Shown here: positions 56,950 through 64,000 of the stretch, one piece after another | Layout of the letters: every line of letters begins with the position of its first letter | Numbering within the stretch: position 1 is the stretch's first letter | Assembly (NCBI GenBank): GCA_052326105.1 | Contig: JBKQRC010000002.1 | Span: forward strand, 11,178-75,177 | DNA from: Candidatus Sulfotelmatobacter sp. | Lineage (GTDB): Bacteria > Acidobacteriota > Terriglobia > Terriglobales > Acidobacteriaceae | Direction: 5' to 3' | Length of the DNA stretch: 64,000 nucleotides | Program-made: the position numbers and the translations under genes | Notes under the pieces: generated by a model | Told to the model about the DNA's origin: nothing | Database searches by the model: none | The model's input: the letters and a program-made list of their open reading frames with translations, nothing else

Positions 56950-57600
56950 ATGGGAGGCATGATTCCGTTAGGCGACGCCTCGCGACGCCCGGCACGGGTG
57001 CCCCTGGTTACCGCCCTCATCATCGTTGTGAATGCCGTTGTTTTTGTGCTTGAGCTGATCCGAGGCGACTCATTCGTGATGCAGTGGTCTGTGGTGCCCG
57101 CGCAAATTGTTTCCGGCCATCACTGGATCACGATTCTGACCGCCATGTTCATGCATGGCAGTTGGTCGCACATCATCGGCAACATGATTTTCTTATGGGC
57201 CTTTGCCCCCGAAATCGAAGATGCCATGGGCCGGGGCCGGTATCTTGTCTTCTACCTGGTTGGCGGGCTCGTGGCGATGCTTGCCCAGGTTCTGGCCGAC
57301 CCACATTCCACGGTGCCCAACCTCGGCGCCAGCGGTGCCATCGCAGCCGTGATGGGCGCGTTTCTAGTCACCTATCCTCGCGATCAGATTCGCACGCTTC
57401 TGTTCATATTCGTTTTCGCGCGAATCAGGTTCATCCCGGCGGCCCTCTTAATTGGTTTCTGGTTTCTCACTCAGCTCTTCCACGCAGGCGCTGTGGCACA
57501 CGTGCAGACCGGCGGCGTGGCTTACCTGGCGCATGTTGGCGGCTTTATCTTCGGAGCTGCTACTGCCCGTCTGTTCGAGGGCTCGCGTCGAATCGCGTGA
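56950..57600 (+). CDS. rhomboid-family intramembrane serine protease
   Basis: FMHGSWSHIIGNMIFLW, GASGAIAAVMGAF (catalytic GxSG) and AHVGGFIFG. Confidence 0.88.
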   Translation: MGGMIPLGDASRRPARVPLVTALIIVVNAVVFVLELIRGDSFVMQWSVVPAQIVSGHHWITILTAMFMHGSWSHIIGNMIFLWAFAPEIEDAMGRGRYLVFYLVGGLVAMLAQVLADPHSTVPNLGASGAIAAVMGAFLVTYPRDQIRTLLFIFVFARIRFIPAALLIGFWFLTQLFHAGAVAHVQTGGVAYLAHVGGFIFGAATARLFEGSRRIA

Positions 57601-57654
57601 AATAATCGCTTCGTCTGTCCGAGAGGCGTCGCCCAGCCGACTTCTTCTCAGCAG

Positions 57655-57680
57655 TAAGAAAGGCGGCCGCAAGGCCGCCC
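57655..57680. terminator. GC hairpin between the convergent rhomboid and ftsH genes (candidate bidirectional terminator)
   Basis: ggcggcc-gcaa-ggccgcc. TTTCTT follows on the minus strand. The plus-strand U-tract is poor. Confidence 0.4.
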
Positions 57681-57718
57681 CCAACTGACAACTGATTACT
57701 GACTACTGAGCACTGTTC

Positions 57719-59629
57719 TTACGCCGTAGCCGGCCGCTCCCCAGTCTTGGGCGCTCGTCCCGGCTGCAAGTCCGGCTTGATCACGTGTTGCACGCCATCG
57801 TCTGGCTTTGACGGCGGCGCCTGCACCGGAGGAAGTTCCTGGCCTTCGACCAACAGCTTGATCTCGTGGGCATCGAGAACTTCCCGTTCAATCAGCGCCC
57901 GCGCAATCCTCTCCAGCGTATCGCGATTGTCCGACAAGATCTGCTTGGCGGTGTTGTAGCCCGTATTGACCAGCTTACGCACTTCCTGGTCAATCTTGAT
58001 TGCCGTGTCTTCGCTGTAATCGCGGTGCTGCGCGATCTCGCGGCCCAGGAAGATCTGTTCTTCCTTTTTGCCGAACGTCAGCGGACCCAGATCGCTCATG
58101 CCCCACTCGCAAACCATCTTGCGCGCCATGTCCGTGGCCCGCTCGATGTCGTTGCCGGCCCCTGTACTCATGCAGTTCAGGAACAGCTCTTCGGCGATGC
58201 GCCCGCCCATCAGAATGGCGATCTCGGTCTCCAGATAGTTCTTGTAGTAGTTGTGCCTGTCGTCAATGGGCAGCTGCATGGTCACGCCCAGAGCCATGCC
58301 GCGCGGAATAATCGTGACCTTGTGCAGCGGATCAGAGTTCGGCATCTTCGCCGCCACCAGGGCATGCCCGGCCTCATGGTAGGCCGTGTTCTTCTTTTCC
58401 TCATCGGTGAGCAGCAACGACTTGCGCTCCACTCCCATCAGGACTTTGTCTTTGGCCAGCTCGAAGTCGTACATCAGAACCGCTTTGCGGTTCTGCCGGG
58501 CCGCCGCCAGGGCCGCCTCGTTGACCATGTTCTCGATATCCGCCCCAGAGAATCCCGGCGTCCCGCGCGCCAGCACGGAAAGATCAACGTCCTCAGCCAG
58601 CGGCTTCTTGCGGGTGTGCACGCGCAGGATTTCCTCGCGCCCGCGCACATCCGGACGGCTTACCACCACGCGCCGGTCAAACCGCCCCGGCCGCAACAGC
58701 GCCGGATCGAGCACGTCGGGCCGGTTGGTCGCGGCCATCAGAATCACGCCTTCGTTCGACTCGAACCCGTCCATTTCCACCAGCAGTTGATTCAGCGTCT
58801 GCTCGCGCTCGTCGTGTCCGCCGCCCAGGCCGGCGCCGCGATGCCGTCCGACCGCGTCGATCTCGTCAATGAAAATAATGCAGGGAGCGTTTTTCTTGCC
58901 CTGCTCAAACAGGTCGCGCACGCGGCTGGCGCCTACGCCGACGAACATCTCGACAAAATCCGATCCCGAAATGGAGAAGAACGGAACGTTGGCTTCGCCC
59001 GCAACCGCGCGCGCCAGAAGCGTTTTGCCCGTTCCCGGAGGCCCGACCAGCAGCACGCCCTTGGGAATGCGTCCGCCGAGTTTCTGGAACTTCTGCGCCT
59101 CGCGCAGAAACTCGATAATCTCGCGCAGCTCTTCCTTGGCTTCTTCCACTCCCGCCACGTCTTTGAACGTGACTTTCTTCTGCTGCATGGAGAGCAGGCG
59201 CGCCCGGCTCTTGCCGAACGACAATGCCTTGTTCCCGCCCGTCTGCATCTGGCGCAACATGAACAGCCACACCGCCCCGATCAGGACAAATGGAACCACC
59301 TGAATCAGCCACGCCCAGTTTCCGCCGTTAATATCGCGGACGTGGACGTCGACGTTCTTCGTCTTCAGCGTGTTCAACACTTCAGGAGTGAAGTAGCTGA
59401 CCAGCGCCGTGGTGTGGAACGCGGACCCATCCTTAAGTTTGCCGCGGACTTGCATGCCGTCGACCGTGAGCTCACGGACGTCGCCCTGATCGATGTGATT
59501 CATGAACTGAGTGAAGTCCAACTCTGCGTCCTTCTGGCTGTCGCGCGCGCTCTTCACCAGTTGGTACAGCAACACCGCTGACACGATAATCAGCGCCCAG
59601 AACAACACTGTCTTTACAGTCGAGTTCAC
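57719..59629 (-). CDS. ftsH: ATP-dependent zinc metalloprotease FtsH
   Basis: 636 aa: [32 protein letters not shown], and the HEAGH zinc motif. Confidence 0.97.
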   Translation of the reverse strand: MNSTVKTVLFWALIIVSAVLLYQLVKSARDSQKDAELDFTQFMNHIDQGDVRELTVDGMQVRGKLKDGSAFHTTALVSYFTPEVLNTLKTKNVDVHVRDINGGNWAWLIQVVPFVLIGAVWLFMLRQMQTGGNKALSFGKSRARLLSMQQKKVTFKDVAGVEEAKEELREIIEFLREAQKFQKLGGRIPKGVLLVGPPGTGKTLLARAVAGEANVPFFSISGSDFVEMFVGVGASRVRDLFEQGKKNAPCIIFIDEIDAVGRHRGAGLGGGHDEREQTLNQLLVEMDGFESNEGVILMAATNRPDVLDPALLRPGRFDRRVVVSRPDVRGREEILRVHTRKKPLAEDVDLSVLARGTPGFSGADIENMVNEAALAAARQNRKAVLMYDFELAKDKVLMGVERKSLLLTDEEKKNTAYHEAGHALVAAKMPNSDPLHKVTIIPRGMALGVTMQLPIDDRHNYYKNYLETEIAILMGGRIAEELFLNCMSTGAGNDIERATDMARKMVCEWGMSDLGPLTFGKKEEQIFLGREIAQHRDYSEDTAIKIDQEVRKLVNTGYNTAKQILSDNRDTLERIARALIEREVLDAHEIKLLVEGQELPPVQAPPSKPDDGVQHVIKPDLQPGRAPKTGERPATA

Positions 59630-59784
59630 CTAGAAGACTCCTCAAACTCGGTTAGCCGGATACACCAACTCCCGAGGCTTCCACTCGTAATTAGATGCCC
59701 CTCAACAACTTTTGACTGGCGAAATCGCTTAGAAGCCTATTCTACCTTTTCCCCAGGAAAAAGGCGCGTTCCGGCGAATATGAC

Positions 59785-60354
59785 TTAAGTCACTGGGGCT
59801 CTTAGACTTGACGCCGCTACGTAGGGCAGATTACGGCTCGTCTGCTCGACCGCGCCCAGGCCGTATCCCACCAGAAAGGTTTCATCCACCAGAAACCCGA
59901 AATAGTCGGGCTGCAGCGACACCCGCCGCGCCGCCTGCCGGTCGAGCAGGGTCACCAGTTTCACCGATGCCGCGCCCCGCGCCCGCAGGTCGGCCATCAG
60001 GAATTCGCTGGTCACTCCCGAGTGCACCAGCCCTTCCACCAGCAGAATATGCTGCCCGCGAATGTCCGGCTCGTGGCTGAAGAAAATCTCCATCACCTCG
60101 TCGGCGGACCCGCCCTTGGTCCGGCTGTATTTCGGCTTGATGAACTGGCACACGACCGGAACGTCCAGCACGCGCACCAGGTCGGCCAGGAACATGAACG
60201 CGTTCTCCAGCACCGCCAGCACCTGAATGGCCTGCCCCTCGACCGTCTCCAGTTTGTAGTCGTCGGAGATCTGCCGCCCCAGTTCCTTGACCCGCTTCTG
60301 AATCTGCTCGGTCGTGATGACCTGCCGCAGGGGCTCGACTCTCGCACCGCTCAT
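59785..60354 (-). CDS. hpt: hypoxanthine phosphoribosyltransferase
   Basis: MSGARVEPLRQVITTEQIQKRVKELGRQISDDY...ILLVEGLVHSGVTS (PRPP-binding-like)...DYFGF.V...FLVGYGL. The longer track ORF (to 60966) overlaps tilS and is rejected. Confidence 0.9.
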   Translation of the reverse strand: MSGARVEPLRQVITTEQIQKRVKELGRQISDDYKLETVEGQAIQVLAVLENAFMFLADLVRVLDVPVVCQFIKPKYSRTKGGSADEVMEIFFSHEPDIRGQHILLVEGLVHSGVTSEFLMADLRARGAASVKLVTLLDRQAARRVSLQPDYFGFLVDETFLVGYGLGAVEQTSRNLPYVAASSLRAPVT

Positions 60355-60391
60355 GGAAGTTTGCCTGCCTCCCGCCACATCGTCCCCAATT

Positions 60392-62173
60392 CTACGTCGC
60401 TGGCCTCTCGAAAAGAGGCTTTTCTGCGATGAGAATTGCTTCCCGCCCCGGCTTCGCCCGAAGTCTTGCCGGCGACGGAAATCCGCGCACCCACACGATC
60501 TCGTCCCCGCTCTGGACCACCGGCCACAGCTTGCGCTCCGGCTGCGCCACATGGCGCTCCTGCAGCAGTTCCTTGATCTTCTTGGGGGACTTGGTATGGG
60601 CCGGCCAGAATCGGTCTCCTGGACGCCAGTTCCGCACCCGTAACGGTCCGGGCAACGATGCCGCGTCCAAGAGTTGCTCAGGATTATAACCTGCCGCCGC
60701 TTCCGCCGGAACGCGCCGTGCCTCGATCTGCAGGCCCATCTCGTTAACCACGATTGTTCCCGGGATCGGCAGTTCGTATTCATAGTTCTGCTCTCCGGCC
60801 GGCGCGCGCAGGTCGGGAGTCTGAAAGACAATTTCATCGGGCTCGCGCCGTACCTTCCACCCCAGCGGCAGCGACAACTCTCTGCCCGACCCGCCGTCTT
60901 CCGCGGCAAAGCGCAGAATTTCTTCCACGTGCTTGAACTCCAGCGGAATCCCCGCCCGCTCGCCAATGGCCTTGACCAGCCTGCGCTGCACCGCCGTGGG
61001 CTCGCCCAGAAACCAAAGCAGGCTTACCCGCGCGTTCCGGACCAGCCAAGCGGCGTTGTCAATGCGCGATTGCAGTTCTTGACCGCCGGGTGAATTCAGC
61101 CCTGCGATCTGAACCAGTCCATCATTAAGCGCCTCCGGCACCCACTCCGGCTCCGACCAGTGCACCGTAGTCCCCATCCATCCCGCGATCTCGTTTTCCC
61201 AGTAGTCTTCTTCTCCGCGCGCGATCTCGGCCAGTTCCGCCAGATTCTCGACGACGGCGGGATTGAATTCCCCCTCCAGCAGCGGAACTACCAGCTTGCG
61301 CACGCGGTTGCGAGTCAGCGCCGCGTCGCTATTGCTCGAGTCTTCGCGCCAAGATTGCCCGATATCTTCGAGATATTGCTCCAGGTCACGACGGCGAACC
61401 AGGAGCAGCGGCCGCACAATCTCGCCGCAGATTTCTCCCTCCTCCTCCTCCACCGGAATTCGCGGATAGATCCCTCCCAGCCCCCGCAGCCCAGAGCCGC
61501 GAATCATCCGCATCAAAACCGTCTCCGCCTGATCGTCAAGCGTGTGCCCGGTCGCGATCTTGTCCAAATGGGGGATCTGGGTGCCCCACCCTTCTCGCGT
61601 TTTTTGCGAGAGGGTGGGGACTTTGGCTTGCGCGGCCTGGACGTGTCTTGAAAGGGCGCGGCTTCCAGCCGCGCCGTCGGCAGCGACCTCTGGATCGGGC
61701 TTTAGCCCCTGAGGTTTGCTTTGGATTGGGAATTCGCTTTTGGCTGGCGCAGCGCTTTCAGCGCTGCGATCCGGGGCCTCACTATGACTCTGGGCTTTAG
61801 CCCCTGACGGACTTTCCCCTAACAGGCTCCGAAAGAATCCATACCGCAACTCCCGCGCCGCCGCCTCCACGCTGACGCGTTCCTCAACCGCATGCTGTGC
61901 TACGTCCTCACTGTCGGAGTAAAACTCCAGCCCATGCTCGCGCGCCAGATTGCCGACGAACTGCTCGTCTCCGTCAGATTCCGCCCGGCGCAGCTTGTGA
62001 TTGAAATGAACGACCGAAAGGACAATCCCAAACTCACTCCGCAACTCCAGCAGCAACCGCAACAGCGCAACCGAATCAATCCCGCCGGAAACGGCCACGC
62101 CAACGCGATCCCCGGCCCGCAGCAGCTCCTGCCGCCGGATGTGGGAAAGCACGCGCTCGCCTAAGGGATGCAC
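60392..62173 (-). CDS. tilS: tRNA(Ile)-lysidine synthetase TilS with ~85-aa in-frame repeat-derived insertion
   Basis: PP-loop VAVSGGIDSVAL, HFNHKLR, ATGHTLDDQAETVLMR, and a C-terminal RNWRPGDRF. It sits in the conserved tilS-hpt-ftsH arrangement. At 593 aa it is clearly longer than typical TilS. Confidence 0.85.
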   Translation of the reverse strand: MHPLGERVLSHIRRQELLRAGDRVGVAVSGGIDSVALLRLLLELRSEFGIVLSVVHFNHKLRRAESDGDEQFVGNLAREHGLEFYSDSEDVAQHAVEERVSVEAAARELRYGFFRSLLGESPSGAKAQSHSEAPDRSAESAAPAKSEFPIQSKPQGLKPDPEVAADGAAGSRALSRHVQAAQAKVPTLSQKTREGWGTQIPHLDKIATGHTLDDQAETVLMRMIRGSGLRGLGGIYPRIPVEEEEGEICGEIVRPLLLVRRRDLEQYLEDIGQSWREDSSNSDAALTRNRVRKLVVPLLEGEFNPAVVENLAELAEIARGEEDYWENEIAGWMGTTVHWSEPEWVPEALNDGLVQIAGLNSPGGQELQSRIDNAAWLVRNARVSLLWFLGEPTAVQRRLVKAIGERAGIPLEFKHVEEILRFAAEDGGSGRELSLPLGWKVRREPDEIVFQTPDLRAPAGEQNYEYELPIPGTIVVNEMGLQIEARRVPAEAAAGYNPEQLLDAASLPGPLRVRNWRPGDRFWPAHTKSPKKIKELLQERHVAQPERKLWPVVQSGDEIVWVRGFPSPARLRAKPGREAILIAEKPLFERPAT

Positions 62174-62196
62174 GCCAACATGGTATAGCAGGAACC

Positions 62197-62359
62197 ATGT
62201 GGGGACAGCCGCCCTCGGATCCAGCGGACCGAAGCAACGCAGGCGACACAGCCTGGAACACGTGCGACCACGAATGGGAAGGGTACAGCTTCAGCAGTTA
62301 CGAAAGCAGATTGGCGAGCTGGCGCTCGCCCCGACAGCCGAGGGCGGCTGTCCCCACAT
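62197..62359. mobile_element. MITE-like element: two inverted Family A ends (atgtggggacagccgccctcgg ... ccgagggcggctgtccccacat) flanking about 120 bp
   Basis: 22-bp perfect terminal inverted repeats at 62197-62218 and 62338-62359, in the tilS-thrS intergenic region. Confidence 0.6.
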
Positions 62360-62374
62360 GAGCTTTGGTAGAGC

Positions 62375-64000
62375 TTAATCCAGTCCCGCGCTCTTCTCCG
62401 CGATCAGCTTTCTGACTTTCTCCACAAACTCCGCCGCCGGCATGTCCTCCGTCTTCTCTTTTCCCCGCGAGCGGACGTTCACTTTCCCCGACTCCGCTTC
62501 TTTGTCGCCGACCACCAGCAAGAACGGCACCTTCTGCATGGCATGCTCGCGAATTTTGGCGTTCATTTTTTCGTTGCGAGCGTCCACCTCGACGCGCACT
62601 CCGACCGCCTTCAGCTGAGCCGCGACTTTATTCGCGTATTCCGCGTGCCGCTCGCTGATCGGAATCATCACTGCCTGCACCGGCGACAGCCACACTGGAA
62701 AGGCTCCCGCATAGTGCTCGATCAGCACGCCAAAGAATCGCTCGATCGACCCGTAGAGCGCGCGATGCACCATGACCGGCTGCTTGCGCGACCCGTCCTC
62801 GGCCACATACTCGAGTCCAAAGCGCTGGGGCAGGTTGAAATCGAACTGCACGGTCGAAAGCTGCCACAGCCGCCCAATCGCATCCACCAGCTTGATGTCA
62901 ATTTTCGGCCCGTAAAACGCGGCCTCGCCGGGAATCGTCTTGTACTCGATCTTCTGCTCTTTCAGCACCTTCTCCAGCGACTGCGTGGCATGATTCCACT
63001 GCTCTTCGCTGCCCACAAAGTTCTTGCGGTCGTCTGGATTCCAGGTCGAGAGCTCCGTCTGGAACTTGTCGAATCCAAAATCCCTGAGCGTGTCGAAAGC
63101 GAACTCGAGGCAGGCGGCAATCTCGCCCTCGATCTGCTCCGGCGTGCAGAAAATGTGCGCGTCGTCCTGGGTAAACCCGCGCACCCGCAACAGCCCGTGC
63201 ATTACGCCCGAACGCTCGTAGCGATACACCGTCCCCAGCTCGCCCAGCCGCACCGGCAGGTCGCGATACGATTTCAGCGAGTCTTTGTAAATCAGAATGT
63301 GGCCGGGACAGTTCATCGGCTTCAACCGGTATTCGGCGTCGTCGAGTTCCATCGCGTCGAACATGTTCTGCGAGTAATAGCCCTCGTGCCCCGACGTGTA
63401 GAACAGCTGCCGCCGCGCCACATGCGGCGTCGACACCAGCGCGTAGCCGCGCTTGATGTACTCCGTGCGCATCCAGTCTTCCATCTCTTTGCGAATGATC
63501 CCGCCCTTGGGATGCCAGAAGATCAGCCCCGGCCCGGCTAGCTCCTGAATCGAAAACAGATCGAGCTGCTTGCCCAGCACGCGATGATCGCGCTTCTTCG
63601 TTTCTTCGACGTGCTTCAGATAATCGTCAAGGTCTCTTTTCGAGAAAAATGACGTTCCGTAGATGCGCTGCAGTTGCGGATTCTTCTCGTCCCCCAGCCA
63701 GTACGCGCCCGCAATATTGAGCAGCTTGAACGCCTTGATTTTCCCCGTCGAAGGAACGTGCGGCCCGCGGCAGAAATCGGTGAACTTGCCGGTGCGGTAG
63801 ATGGAAATCTTTTCATCGGGCTTGGTGAATTGCTCGATGAAATGGCACTTCATGAAATCGCCTTCTTTTTTAAACTCGGCCAGCCCCTGGTCGCGAGGCA
63901 GAAACTCGCGCGCGTAGGGAATGTTCTGCTGCACGAGTTCCTGCATCTTCTTCTCGATTTTCTCGAGATCCTCGGGCGTAAACGCGGTCGGGCGATAGAA
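62375..64000 (-). CDS. thrS: threonine--tRNA ligase (partial; N-terminus beyond the right edge)
   Basis: Class II core and anticodon-binding domain (RGFTQDDAHIF, FYGPKID, HRALYGSIERF). The frame stays open upstream of the listed Met (…FYRPTAFTPEDLEKIEKKMQELV), so the gene continues past 64000. Confidence 0.95.
   Translation of the reverse strand, partial: FYRPTAFTPEDLEKIEKKMQELVQQNIPYAREFLPRDQGLAEFKKEGDFMKCHFIEQFTKPDEKISIYRTGKFTDFCRGPHVPSTGKIKAFKLLNIAGAYWLGDEKNPQLQRIYGTSFFSKRDLDDYLKHVEETKKRDHRVLGKQLDLFSIQELAGPGLIFWHPKGGIIRKEMEDWMRTEYIKRGYALVSTPHVARRQLFYTSGHEGYYSQNMFDAMELDDAEYRLKPMNCPGHILIYKDSLKSYRDLPVRLGELGTVYRYERSGVMHGLLRVRGFTQDDAHIFCTPEQIEGEIAACLEFAFDTLRDFGFDKFQTELSTWNPDDRKNFVGSEEQWNHATQSLEKVLKEQKIEYKTIPGEAAFYGPKIDIKLVDAIGRLWQLSTVQFDFNLPQRFGLEYVAEDGSRKQPVMVHRALYGSIERFFGVLIEHYAGAFPVWLSPVQAVMIPISERHAEYANKVAAQLKAVGVRVEVDARNEKMNAKIREHAMQKVPFLLVVGDKEAESGKVNVRSRGKEKTEDMPAAEFVEKVRKLIAEKSAGLD

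Noticed and set aside
60355-60966. N-terminal extension of the hpt ORF to 393 aa
   Set aside because: It overlaps the 3' half of tilS in another frame. Hpt homology begins at MSGARVEPL.

Overview
GC-rich (roughly 60% by eye) chromosomal segment. The gene content and repeat families look like Acidobacteriota (Terriglobia-like): CarboxypepD_reg-type TonB receptor, CRTAC1/ASPIC-UnbV protein, a large Ser/Thr kinase-TPR protein, and 'gtcattctgagcgaagcgaag'-type intergenic repeats. This placement is an inference. I can support about 45 protein-coding genes. I found no rRNA, tRNA or CRISPR array. Housekeeping genes: rpsU, hisS, gyrB, the tilS-hpt-ftsH operon, thrS (partial at the right edge), HU, an MtaB-like methylthiotransferase and a DnaC-like ATPase. 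Carbohydrate genes: a minus-strand L-arabinose operon (araD, SSS symporter, small membrane protein, FucI/AraA-family isomerase, araB), a GAF-fused alpha-glucan phosphorylase, a LacI regulator with a FucP-like MFS transporter, and a secreted GH13 enzyme. Envelope genes: a processive GT2 synthase with a coiled-coil membrane partner and MlaD, and a membrane-fused spermidine-synthase-like protein. Most interesting locus (33.0-37.2 kb): a compact operon with ATGA start/stop overlaps at three gene junctions. It encodes a small peptide with a lasso-like YxxPxF...TT leader and a C-terminal Ser, a soluble SipW/ER-type S26 peptidase, an HPr-kinase-like P-loop kinase, a PqqD-like RRE protein, a radical SAM/SPASM enzyme and a PF14907-like nucleotidyltransferase. 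It has no lasso cyclase or B2 protease, so it looks like a RiPP or peptide-derived-product pathway that does not fit the characterised classes I know. Second theme: intergenic space is filled with several families of hairpin/MITE-like repeats and 7-15 bp tandem repeats, and copies of these intergenic repeats sit in frame inside tilS and the mtaB-like gene. The many long ORFs antisense to recognised genes are treated as GC-driven artefacts.
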